From positions 9,300,001 through 9,364,000 of the forward strand of contig NW_024704764.1 of the NCBI RefSeq assembly GCF_018977255.1: DNA of 64,000 bases, written 5' to 3'. This document shows positions 38,107 through 55,267 of this stretch, piece after piece; position 1 is the first letter of the stretch; each line of letters opens with the position of its first letter. The notes beneath the pieces were generated by a model, which was given only the letters and a program-made list of their open reading frames with translations, was not told the origin of the DNA and searched no databases. Origin of the DNA: Callorhinchus milii (lineage: Eukaryota). The position numbers and the translations under genes were made by a program.

Positions 38107-39070
38107 CTTTTTCAAGTCCCGTCTGAAAACCTTCCCCTTCGACCGCGTTAAGCGCTCTGAGGCTCTGCGGGCGGGGAGGGCGCTGTGTAAATACACGTTG
38201 CCGTTTCGTAGCTGAAGTGGAGCTGCAGCTGAGCTGTGATCTACTAGAATGGCGGAACAGGCTCGAGGGTCTGAATGGCCTCCTCCCCTGTTCCTTGCCA
38301 AGGTATCTTTTAAAGCCCACCTTACTTTGACGGCTCCTTCGAAGGACGGCACCTCTGACAATGCCTCTCTCTCTCTCTCTCTCTCTCTCGTTGAAACGTC
38401 AGCCTTGAGTGTGAGCTCCAGGGAGGGGAGGGCGGGGAGGGGGCACGAGTCCCAGTGATAAGCCGAGTAGTTTTATCTGCTCGTCTTTGCCAACAGCAAT
38501 GCGACAGGTCCAAGAGCAGCAAACTGGAGGAGCACGAGATCGAGGAGTTCTGTCAGCTGCTGATGCAGAGGCCGGAGCTGGAGGAGATCTTCAACTATTA
38601 CTCGGGCGAGGACCAGATTCTGGCCGTCAGGGAGATCAGCAACTTCCTGAAGGAGCAGAAGGAGGTCCCCAGCGAGGAGAACGCCGTGGAACTCATCGAG
38701 AGATTTGAGCTCAATGAGAAAGGTGGTCACCAGCGCTTGTCCCAAACGTCTTCCCCCTCTTTGTGGCCATTTTTCGGGACGTAATAATAACGATAATGAA
38801 TCCCTCGCGTTTGACCCGGCGCCTGATTGCGTCGTCGAGACGTCCTCAAAGCGCTTCACGGGATACACTGTGAACTGTAGTGACTGCGTGTTTTTTTGTG
38901 GGCGAAAACGCGGCAGCCGATTGCGCCCAGCGACGTCCCCGCAAACAAGTCGTGGGTTGAGTGACCGCGTTTTGGTGGTGGGGGGGGGGGTTTTCGTAGG
39001 GATTATTACCTGAAGAGCGATCCGCCAATGGACTAACAACCGGGTTCCCACTCACTGCCGGTAAACGTAA

Positions 39071-39109
<39 letters not shown>

Positions 39110-42100
39110 AGTAAGGAAAGTTGCTGAAGGCTTCACCCTGACCGGGAATCAAACCCGGGTCCTCTCGCTTTGCGAGGCGAGAGCTCTAACCGCTGACCTG
39201 CCTCCAGGTCATCGTTGAGCGCACACTGCCCGGTGCGTTTCACCTGCAAGACACAGAGGCCCTGTGACTCCCGGGTCACAGCCAAATCCCACCAAGTTCT
39301 CCTCTGTTCACTCCCAGGGCAGAGCAGGGCTGGAGATCTTTTCTTTCTGCACCACTGGAGACCAGGCCACGGTGTGTTCCTCGCCCTCTCCCGTCCCCAC
39401 CCTCACCCACACCCCACCCACTCCCCCCCCTCCCACTCCCCCAGCTGAGGGTGACGCGTTATCTGTTAATAAACATTTCACTCCAAAGTGGACGGCGGTT
39501 GGAGAAAGCGTTCAGTGCGATAAATGTGCACGCAGTGTGAACCAGCTCCCTGCACCTCACGCGCTCAGATCTCTCTCCCCCCCCCTCTCTCTTTCTTTCC
39601 GACTGAGTCAAAGGTTTTATTTATAGAGGCGTCAAATGATGTTACCCGTGGACACAGCCCGTCTGTCGGCGCTTGTCCCAGATGGTGAAGTATTTTGGAA
39701 CTTCTTCCATCTCGTATCTCGTCCTATATCTTAACTCAGCTCCGTTCAGGAGGCCATCAAGGACCCTGCGAGTCTATTGGAGAAAGAGAAAGGGAGTTTC
39801 TCTCTCTCTCTCTCCCTGGGGTCCTGGCCGGCAATAATCCTCGCATCGCAGGATTCCTGGAGCTCAGCGGTTAGAGCACTCGCGAGGCGAGTGCGAGACC
39901 TGGGTTCGATTCCCGGCCAGGGCCGAACCTTGGGCAAGTTTCCTGACTCCGCGCGCCTGATAGTAACCCCTCAAGGGGGGAAAAAAAAAAGCAATGAAAC
40001 TGATCACTTCAATCCCCGGCTGCTGCGCGCAGTCGGCTGCCGGGTTTCGCCCACCGATATACGGTCAACTCACTGCCCGGTATATTCGGTGAAGCGCTTT
40101 GAGACGTCGAGAAGAAGTGGAAAAGCGCTGCATCAAAGGCGAGGATTATTATTATTATTATTATTGCTATTTGACACAGCGCCTTATCAGGTCATCGAGA
40201 CGTCTCACAGGAAAACACTGTAAAGTGTAGTGACTGTGTGTTTTTGGAGGCGAAACGCGGCAGGCCAATTGCGCGCAAACAACGTGCCACAAACCGCCAT
40301 GGAGCGAGCGGCCAAATTTATTAGGAGTTAAGGTGTGAATGAATGAACGAACGAACGGACGAACGAACGAACCCGACGCGAGATCGAGGCACCGTCCATG
40401 ATTCTCCGCTCACTGACCATTTGCCATCGGCAGCGAAACAGAACCAGCTCCTGACCCAGGACGGGTTTGTGATGTACATGCTCTCGCCGGACGGCAACAT
40501 CTTCAACCACAGCCATGACCTGATCTACCAGGACATGGGGCAGCCCCTCAGCCACTACTTCATCTCGTCCTCGCACAACACCTACCTGATGGAGGACCAG
40601 CTGGGAGGACCCAGCAGCACTGAGGCTTATATCAGGTACTCGCTCGCCCACTCCGTCCCCCCCCACCACCACCAGCACCCCAACCCCCTGGGCCCCCACC
40701 TACCCCGGACCCCCATCCCCTTGGCCCCCAGCCCCCAGCCCCCCCCGGCCGCCTCTTCCTCAGTGGGAGGAAGGGAGAGAATTTTGGGTGAAAAAAAGAC
40801 CCTTCGAACCATTTGATTTCAGGCCTCCTCGATTTCCCCCCCCCCCCCAACCCCGGGGCGTTAAGAGCTGTGGGACCCTATCCCGCGAGGAGGGAACCTG
40901 TCAGCCCCTCACACAGCTGAGAGGAGAGATCAGTTCATCCATCCGAGACCAGTCGCTTATCGGCTGAAACCTCCCCCACAGCTTTGCCGGATTGTTTTGG
41001 TGAAGTGAACGCTCACTCCCAATGGTGATGTTGGGGACACACGGACCAGGTGCCCCCCCAGTGCCCCCCCACCCAGTGCCCCCCCCCCCCAGCGCCCCCC
41101 TCAAAAAAAAAACTTTTATCGACTTTTTNNNNNNNNNNNNNNNNNNNNNNNNNNNNNNNNNNNNNNNNNNNNNNNNNNNNNNNNNNNNNNNNNNNNNNNN
41201 NNNNNNNNNNNNNNNNNNNNNNNNNNNNNNNNNNNNNNNNNNNNNNNNNNNNNNNNNNNNNNNNNNNNNNNNNNNNNNNNNNNNNNNNNNNNNNNNNNNN
41301 NNNNNNNNNNNNNNNNNNNNGTCTCTGTGGGTGTGTGTCTCTGTGGGTGTGTGTCTCTGTGGGTGTGTGTCTCTGTGGGTGTGTCTCTCTGTGGGTGTGT
41401 CTCTCTGTGGGTGTGTCTCTCTGTGGGTGTGTGTCNNNNNNNNNNNNNNNNNNNNNNNNNNNNNNNNNNNNNNNNNNNNNNNNNNNNNNNNNNNNNNNNN
41501 NNNNNNNNNNNNNNNNNNNNNNNNNNNNNNNNNNNNNNNNNNNNNNNNNNNNNNNNNNNNNNNNNNNNNNNNNNNNNNNNNNNNNNNNNNNNNNNNNNNN
41601 NNNNNNNNNNNNNNNNNNNNNNNNNNNNNNNNNNNNNNNNNNNNNNNNNNNNNNNNNNNNNNNNNNNNNNNNNNNNNNNNNNNNNNNNNNNNNNNNNNNN
41701 NNNNNNNNNNNNNNNNNNNNNNNNNNNNNNNGCTGTCGCTGTGTGGAGCTGGACTGCTGGGACGGAGCTAACGGGGAGCCCGTTGTGTACCACGGACACA
41801 CCCTCACCTCCAAAATCCTCTTCAAGGACGTGGTCACAGCCATCCGCGACTACGCCTTCAAGGTAAGGCTCCCGGGGCTGGAGCGACACTGGCCTCGGGC
41901 CACGTTTGGTGTCGTGCTATAGGAGACTGTTGGCGCGGAGGTCGCTGCGCGCAATTGTCTGCCGCGTTTCACCCCGAAAATACACGGTCACTCCGCTTCG
42001 CCGTGCTTTCCCGTGAAGCGCTTTGCAGAAGTTTCAACGGCGTGACGAGGCGCTGGGTCAAATGCAAGGATTATTATTGATCCCCGCGCCTTATCACGTC

Positions 42101-45100
42101 TTAAATAAATCCCTTAATGTTTAACGGTTAACTTTGTAATGTGATCCGTGGTGTTTTGGGTCCAGGACATGAGCCGGAAGGAACCTGGAAGTGGGTTTCA
42201 ATGGAAATCAGTTCCAGGAATTGTCCTCTTATCACACAACGCCTCAAACCTCTCTCTCTCTCTCTCCCCTTTCCTACATTACACTGCACCTCCCGCCACC
42301 GTTAACCCCCAAACCGCTGACTTCAACATGCGTGACCGTGCGTGTGTCTGTGCGGTGCTGGACCCTACCCCGTGTGAAGGGCGCTATATAAGTGCAAGTT
42401 GTTGTGTGTGTGTGTATGTTTGGGTGCGTCCGTCCACATGTACTGACCTAAGAATGTTTCACTGTAAATTTAATTCAATGTCTATTACCCTGACCCTTCA
42501 CCCTCCCTCTCCCCCACTCCCCCTCGCTCTCCCCTCCTCTCCCCCTCCCACTCTCTCCCCCCCTCGCTGTATGTGGCAGACGTCCCCCTTCCCCCTCATC
42601 CTGTCGCTGGAGAATCACTGTGGGGTGGAGCAGCAGACGGTGATGGCTCGACACTTCACCAACATTCTGGGCAAGTTGTTGGTCACCGGCCCAGTTGATG
42701 ACAAAGAGCCCGAGGAGCTGCCCTCACCCGAGGTAAGCCCGGCCCGGCCCGAGGTTAGCCCGGCCCGGCCCGAGGTTAGCCCGGCCTGGCCCGAGGCTAG
42801 CCCGGCCCGAGGCTAGCCCGGCCCGAGGCTAGCCCGGCCTGGCCCGAGGCTAGCCCGGCCTGGCCCGAGGCTAGCCCGGCCTGGCCCGTGTCCTCCCGTG
42901 TGTCTGCGGTGAGGGTGAGGAGCATTCGTGCTCTGACGCTGATGCGGCGACTGACATTGAGCTGCGAGGCTGTGGTCAGTCAGTCAGTCAGTCAGTCCCT
43001 CCTCATTCCCGCAGGAGCTCAAAGGGAAGATTGTGATAAAGGGGAAGAAGCTGACCGCCTCGGGGGACGTGGACGAGGAGACGGCGGAGGAAGATAATGA
43101 GAAGAAGAAGGTAAGAGGTGGTTGGAGGGTGAGGTTGGGGGGGAGAGAGACAGTCAGAGCTCTGTGGCTCGGTTGAAGGGAGGCGAGAGCGAGCGACTGA
43201 ACGACGGGCTGAGATCTGTCGGACATTCAGGGCGGCGGTCTTTCGAGGCGCGCTGGCAAATGGGTGTCCTGCCGCGAGTCCGTGTCCACGGGAACCGAGG
43301 GCAGAGGGTTTACTGTCTCTGACGGGACGAGAATCCTACGAACCACCCAATCTCACAGCGCAGGAGGAGGCCATTCAGCCCATCGTAACCTGTGCCAGGT
43401 CTTTGAAAGAGTTCCCAACTCGTCCCACACTCCCCCCCCCACCTCCCACCCCCACCTCCCTCCTCCGCTCTTACCCCAATAGCCCTGCTTTTCCCCCCCG
43501 ACCCCCTCCCCCCCGCCGTAAGGACCTCTCCAATTCCCTTTTGAGACGTATCGTCAAATCTGCTTCCGGGCGGAGGGTCCCAGAGCGCAACGACTCCATC
43601 GCTCGGGTTTCGGCCGCACTCAAATACAACGGTTTAAAAAGAAAAGGCAACGCAGTGTATATTGGGGCCACAGACACAGACACAGACACACACACAGACA
43701 CAGACACAGACACATTGATACTTGGGGGTCCCTTGTTCCACCCTGGTCCTGGGGCGCCCCCTGCAGGCCAGGGCTGGCACTGCACGCTGTTCCTCAACCC
43801 CCGTTAGCCCACGTCAAATAGCGCCTCCTGGTGGATACTGGAGGAACTAAACGCCGCTCAGTGACACTCTCATGGACCCCCTAACACTGGACCTGCGCCT
43901 AATACTCTCCGGAATTAGGCAATCAGGATGCCTCCTCCCACCCCCCCCCAGAAAGGGGGAGAGAGAGCGCGCATTCCATTCCAAGTCGATGGATAGACAT
44001 TTGTTGGGTCGGGGTGTTAAGGGATATGGGGCGAAGGCGGGTAATTGGAGTTGAGGCGCAGATCAGCCTTGACCTTATAGAATGGCGGAACAGGCTCGGG
44101 GGCTGAATGTCCTCCTCCTGTTCCTATGTTCCTGGAGCTGGTGCTTGTGTTGTGTTGTGTTGTGTTGCGGAGCCTGGGTACTGATGGGCTTCGCTTGTGT
44201 TTGTTGGCAGGAGGCGAAGCTGTCCCAGGAGCTGTCTGACCTGGTGGTTTATTGCCAAGCCGTCCACTTCCACAGCTTTGCTGCCTCCCGCACCGAGGGC
44301 TCAGTCACGCAAATGTCCTCCTTCGGAGAGAGTAAAGCCAAGAAGCTGATCTCCGAATCGGGTAAGAAACCACAGCGGAAAAGCATTTATTAATAACAAT
44401 AATAATAATAATAATAATAATAACCCTTGCATTTGATAAGAGCGTCTTATCACATCGTTGAAACGTCTCAAAGCGATTCACAGGATATATTGTGAAGTGG
44501 ATTGTCTGCATATTTTTGTGGGCGAAACCCGGCAGCCGGTTAGGCACAGCAGCGTCCCCCGTCAAACCGGTCTGGATCGAGTGATCTAACCTCCCTCTCC
44601 CTCTCCAGGGAAAAGCTTTGTCCAATACAACGCCAGGCAGCTGAGCAGGATTTATCCGTCCGGAACCCGCTTCGATTCTTCGAACTACAATCCTCAGGAC
44701 ATGTGGAATGCCGGCTGTCAGCTCGGTCAGACCCCGTCTCTCGCTCTCGCTCTCGCTCTCGCTCTCTTTCTCTGTCGGATTGATTCCTTGCACACTGTGA
44801 CTCTGTGTGTGTGTGTGTGTGCGTGTAGGTGTGGGGTTGGGAGATGTGGGCTACTGTTTTGTTCTGTGGCTGAATTGAGGGGGGAATTCAGTTAAGGTTC
44901 CATGTTCTAGTGTCTACCAGTTGGCTCTGACTTATTGGGGTTTATTCCCCCCCCCCCCACCCCCCTGATGGGTTGCAACAACAACTTGCACTTACACAGC
45001 GCCATTCACGCAAGGGCAGCGTCTCTGAGTGCTGAGCGGTGGCGGAGCCCGACTCTGAGCGGGGAGGGAGGTTGCTGAAGGCAAAGCTAAAGAGGAAGGT

Positions 45101-47294
45101 CTTGAGCTGTGATCCGAGGCAGGTTATGATTTGTTTGGGGGTTTCCCCCCCTCCTCTCCTCTCTCCTCTCCAGTTTCCCTGAATTTCCAGAAGTGCGGAG
45201 CGGAGATGGACCTGAACGAGGGAAGGTTCCGGCAGAACGGTCGCTGCGGTTACGTGCTGAAGCCGGACTTCATGAGGAGCAGCGACTCCGCATTTAGCCC
45301 ACAAAGCCCGTGCCGGGGGCCGGGCTGGACAGGAGACAGCTGGTCATTGATGTAACTTTACCCCACGTGTTTGGGCGTCAGCCTCATTTTCTCCCCTTGT
45401 CATTTCTGTCCATCTCTGCCCAGTGGCTTTCCCCCCCTCTCCCCCCCCTCCCTCACCCCCCTCCCTCTCCCCACCGCCCCCTCTCTCCCTCACCCCCCCC
45501 TCCCTCTCCCCACCGCCCCCTCCCTCCCTCTCCCCACCGCCCCCTCCCTCCCTCACCCCCCCTCCCTCTCCCCACCGCTCCCTCTCTCCCTCAACCCCTT
45601 CCTCTCCCCACCGCCCCTCCCTCCCTCTCCCCACCGCCCCTCCCTCCCTCACCCCCCTCCCTCTCCCACCGCTCCCTCTCTCCCTCAACCCCCTCCCTCT
45701 CCCCACCGCCCCCTCCCTCCCTCTCCCCACCGCCCCCTCCCTCGCTCTGTATAACTAGTTGCTGAGTATTGCTTTGTGTCTCAGTGTGGTCTGGGGAGGG
45801 GGGAGAGGGGATGGTTCGCTGGTGTTGCAGTGCTCGGACTCTCTCTCTCTCTCTCTCCGCGACAGGTGATCACAGCTCAGCAGTTGCCCAAAGTGAACAA
45901 GACCAAGAAGAACTCCATCGTGGACCCGCAGGTGAGGGTGGAAGTTCACGGTGTTCCCGAGGACAACGCGTCCGGAAAGACGGGATACGTGACGAATAAT
46001 GGTGAGAGCAGCGAAGGGGTGGGGGAGGTCCCCGGGGGGGGGATTGGATTGGGGGGGCTGGGGAGGAGGATTCAGGGGCTGCAGATAATTAGATGTTTTA
46101 TGATGGCCGAAAAAACAGTCACTACACTTTACAGTATGTTTTGTGAAGTGCTTTGGAGACGTCTCAATGAGGCGATGAGGCGCTGTGTCAAATACAGAGT
46201 GTATCACTATCTCAGGGGGGAGGGAATGAGGGTCAGTGTGGCCGAGGCTGGGGGCGCGCTGCGGTGAGGCTGTGGGGGGGGGTCAGTGTGGTGAGGCTGT
46301 GGTGGGGGGGGGTGGGGTCAGTGTGGTGAGGCTGTGGGGTGGGGGGTCAGTGTGGTGAGGCTGTGGGGGTCAGTGTGGTGAGGCTGGGGGGGGGGTCAGT
46401 GTGGTGAGGCTGTGGGGGGGGGGGTCAGTGTGGTGAGGCTGTGGTGGGGGGGGTGGGGTCAGTGTGGTGAGGCTGTGGGGGTCAGTGTGGTGAGGCTGGG
46501 GGGGTCAGTGTGGTGAGGCTGTGGGGGGTGGGGGGGGTCAGTGTGGTGAGCCTGTGGTGGGGGGGTCAGTGTGGTGAGCCTGTGGGGGGGGGGGGGCTCA
46601 GTGTGGTGAGGCTGGGGGGGGGTCAGTGTGGTGAGGCTGTGGGGGGGGGGGGTCAGTGTGGTGAGGCTGTGGGGTGGGGGGGTCAGTGTGGTGAGGCTGT
46701 GGGGGGGGGGGGGGTCAGTGTGGTGAGGCTGTGGGGTGGGGGCTCAGTGTGGTGAGGCTGGGGGGGGTCAGTGTGGTGAGGCTGTGGCCGAGGGGGGCAG
46801 TGGCTGCTCACCGCTCGGGGCTGATGTTGGTGTTCCCGATCGCAGGCTTTAACCCGGTGTGGAACGAGGTGCTGAGGTTCGGGATCAGCGTTCCCGAGCT
46901 GGCGCTGATCCGCTTTGTGGTGGAGGATTACGACACGGCCAGCAGCAACGACTTCATCGGGCAGTTTACCCTCCCGTTCACCAGCGTCCAGCAAGGTGCG
47001 CGCACGCGTGTGTGGGGGGGGGGCGGGGGGTATACACGTTGCCCCAAAATATATACCGTGTTGACGCCAACGCACACTGTTCCACGTTTCCGTGAGAACT
47101 CGATCAATCAGGACCATTCTCGCTGCTGAGGATTCTGTTTATAACAACCCCAGTGTTCCTCCCGGCCCCAGGAACCCGATTAACTGTTCCCCGTTTCTCC
47201 CGCAGGCTATCGCCACGTCCACTTACTGGCCAAGGACGGCACCTCCCTCTCGCCGGCCACCCTGTTCGTCCGGATCAGGATTAAGAGCGAGTAG
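33204..47294 (+). CDS. PLCD3: Phospholipase C delta-3-like, copy B, 15 coding exons; apparent 1-nt frameshift in exon 12
   Basis: Exons 33204-33270 (putative first, [22 protein letters not shown]), 35456-35617, 36448-36676, 37348-37477, 38497-38722, 40434-40635, about 41718 (in gap)-41862, 42580-42732, 43015-43110, 44211-44361, 44609-44725, 45174-45351, 45866-46001, 46846-46995, 47206-47294. Exon lengths match copy A except exons 1, 9, 10, 12 and 15. Catalytic His/Glu/Asp motifs are intact. Confidence 0.88.
33271..33725. repeat. G-rich (GGGT/GAGA) low-complexity tract
   Basis: Purine/GT-rich repeat directly after the putative exon-1 donor of copy B. Confidence 0.9.
34290..34655 (-). mobile_element. 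L2-like LINE 3' fragment
   Basis: Minus-strand ...[12 protein letters not shown]...[13 protein letters not shown], an L2 ORF2 C-terminal signature. Confidence 0.55.
34660..35070. repeat. About 60-bp G-rich minisatellite (GCGGGGTATAGTGTGTGTGATAGGGAGCCGGTGGGGCCTGGCGAGGG...)
   Basis: About 6-7 tandem units abutting the L2 fragment. Confidence 0.9.
35686..36042 (+). mobile_element. tRNA-derived SINE copy
   Basis: TAGTGGTTCGAGCCCTCGCCTCGCAAGCGAGAGGACCCGGGTTCGATTCCCGG head plus the family body and tail. Confidence 0.75.
36677..37347 (+). other. U12-type AT-AC intron (PLCD3-B intron 3)
   Basis: Donor ATATCCTTT at 36677-36685, branch site ACCTTAAC at about 37331-37338, acceptor GCAC| at 37347. Confidence 0.93.
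37684..38003 (-). mobile_element. tRNA-derived SINE, near full-length
   Basis: Nearly identical by eye to the copy at 172-501, with a long (ATT)n tail. Confidence 0.82.
38782..39200 (-). mobile_element. tRNA-derived SINE copy with internal (CA)n
   Basis: Family tail, body and tRNA-like head. Another copy is at about 39855-40165 (+). Confidence 0.7.
42733..42890 (+). repeat. 8-unit splice-donor-derived tandem repeat (21/16 bp units)
   Basis: GTAAGCCCGGCCCGGCCCGAG, GTTAG... x2, GCTAG... x5. Confidence 0.9.
46265..46790. repeat. Intronic minisatellite (GGGGTCAGTGTGGTGAGGCTG...)n in PLCD3-B intron 13
   Basis: Reverse complement of the copy-A array at 19540-20080. Confidence 0.9.
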
Positions 47295-48179
47295 ACCGGA
47301 GACGGTGACTGAGTCACTGCGGTCGGGTGGAGACCTGGGTGCACAGGTCTATCGTGCTGGGAGGCTGAGGTCCTGCCTCAGGCACTGGCCTGGGATGAAG
47401 CTCGGATTTTCAGACACAGGAGAAGCTTTCCGTCCCTGAATTCGGCTCCAGTTGAGCCTCAAGAGCCGGGTCGTAACCCAGAATCCGTCCCAACTCCCAG
47501 CAGATCTGAAGCTTTTTAGACTTTTAATCCGCGAAACATTTTTATATCCACAGACATCGAATGTCCCAACTTTTTAAGCGCGCGCGTGTGTGTATGTGGG
47601 GGGGGATGGGGGAGGGAGGGTCACTTCTCGTCCCGTCAAACTTTTACATCACAGAAAGAAACCATTTCAGCCCCATTGAAGCTCCCATCTGCTCGCGCTC
47701 TTTACCCCACACCCCTTATTTTATGTATTTAATCTATTTATCTAATTCCCCGCTGAAAGCTATTATGGTTTTGGCCGAGTGTTCTGAGGCCCTAATCACC
47801 TTCCCTGAAGGAAACGCCTACAAATACCCTTTGCCTTATTCTGTTTGGGTAACGACAACGCGCACTTGTTTTGTTGCATCCGTTCGTGCACCTTAGTAAA
47901 GTTTCGGCTCGAACCGCGTGGGCGCAGGAACCCCCATCACAGACGCGGGCTCGGTACTCGGTAACGAGTTGGTGTTTTGAGTCTGTAATTTAGGGGAAGA
48001 AACTTCGCCTTTTTTGATTGGAATAACGTAGAATTATTGCGCTAAGTCCGTGAGGTGACGAAGCCAATGTCCTATCTCTCCTCGAGCGAGACTCGCGCGT
48101 GTTTTTTTTTGTGTGTGTGTGTGTGCGTGCGTGCGCGTGCGGTACGCAATCTTGTGCGGTTGAGCACGTTTGCCATATA

Positions 48180-48944
48180 ATTGTCGCATCTGTTACAGAA
48201 GCCTCGTCGCCGCTCGAAAGGTCACAAAGTGCTTCCCAGTTAATAAGCGGAGGTGCGGGGACTGTCTGCCGGCCAACGCGCTGCCCTGATGAACGGGTTC
48301 GCACCTCCGGCCGGAACGGAGACAGCCGTTGGCGGACTGTCGGCCGGGACCGCGCCGCGACCCGTCCACTCTCTCCTGCGGAACAGCGCGGCGGCCGGAA
48401 CCTTTTAACGTCCGCCCGGTCCCGGCGCGAGGCGGGACCTCGGGTTTATTTGACCGCTCGCGTTCCATGTATTATTCCGCAAATAAACGCACCGAACTGC
48501 ACGTCGACCTCCTGCGCGCGGTTTATCGCCGCAGTGCGGCTTCGGAGGGATCAGGACCCCCCCCCGACCCCCCGACCCCCCCCCACCACCACCCCGAGGC
48601 GGGAAACTACTGGGGTGGTCTCTGCCCTTTAGTGATCCGCTTTGGCGGTGGGACTCCCCAAGTGGGGTCAGGTCAGTGGGAGTCACTGGGGTGGGTGGGT
48701 GGGTGGGTGGGTGGTGCTGGTGGTTTGCTCTGTGTGTGCAGTGGGGGGCACCAGCCACGTGGAGGCGCTGCAGCGCCGCCTGGAGCCGCACGGGGTCGCT
48801 GTGCAGACGCGGTCAGCCGAGGCGCTGCAGTGCCGCTCGGAGCCGCTGTGGGCGGCGGCGGCGCTGTGGGCGGCGGCGGCGCTGTGGGCGGCCCCTCGCC
48901 GCCCGCGCCTGCGCGGTGGTGCGCCCTCCCCCTTTGTTGTCAAG

Positions 48945-48950
<6 letters not shown>
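48180..48950 (+). promoter_or_regulatory. CpG-island promoter / 5' region of RNF113A
   Basis: CpG-rich, with CCGGAA ETS-like motifs (about 48312, 48395) and a YY1-like CAAGATGGCG overlapping the start codon. Confidence 0.55.
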
Positions 48951-54299
<5,349 letters not shown>

Positions 54300-55267
54300 C
54301 ACATTCCGTCTCTCTCTTCCCCCCTCCCGCCCACCCGCCCACAAAAACTCCTGCTTATCATCTGATGTAATTTGTATCTTATGTAGACCAGCAAAATAAA
54401 GAGATTGGTTTAGAAATCTCTTCTATGTGCTTATAAACGAAAAACTTTTAACTATTGCATTTCTGGACACTTAATATAGTCCATTGTGTACACACACACA
54501 CACACACGGTATTCTGTTACAGTCATGTATGTCCTGCTTTGGGAAACCTATCCTTTGTACCTTTCAGAGACAGAACAAAATATTTCATTCAGCCGTGTTT
54601 TCAGTTCGGGACTCGAAATGCCCTGGGACTGACTGTGCATTAGATAGCAAATAATCATTGAAGCGTGTCAGTTGCACTTGTTACCCTAGCCAAGGCTATT
54701 GGTGAACTCTCTGTGTTGAGACTCTCCCTCTCCCACACTCTGTCCGATAAAACTCACATTTATATCCAAATGTAACTTTAATATTGATCGAATCAGAATA
54801 AATAACAATTCAGGTACAAAGGTCCAGGAATAAGCACGCCAGTGTTCAGTCTCTCCAGGAATGGTTTGTTCTCTCTCCTCAACCCCCCCCAAAAGGGGGT
54901 AAGCAGGAGTAAGATCACCCCCCGCCACCTCACTCACTGGCCTCCACATTCCTGTATCAGAACCCTGCTGGTGCATCTCACATTATAGGAACTGAAGTAA
55001 TGGAAAAAGTAAAATCGCGCCAATCTGTAAATTCCCAATTTCTTCAGCTAATTCTTCTTCTGAGCAGCCTTGCCAGAGACAGTGTGCAACATTCCCATGC
55101 TTCCCTGCTTCCATCATCAGCGGAGGTGGCTTGGAGCAGGGTAGAAGCTGCCGCCTCCCCAAGGTCGGAAGGTTGATGAAGTCAACTCTTTGATACTATA
55201 TAAAAAAATAAGGATCACTGATGTCAAGCAATATTTTTTTCTCTAAGAATCTGGTCAACGTTTGTTA

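Noticed and set aside
18994-47294. PLCD3 duplication as a pure haplotype or assembly duplication
   Set aside because: Exons 1, 2, 4 and 9-11 and most introns are far too divergent to be alleles, and the near-identical blocks still carry scattered differences. Local mis-assembly is not fully excluded.
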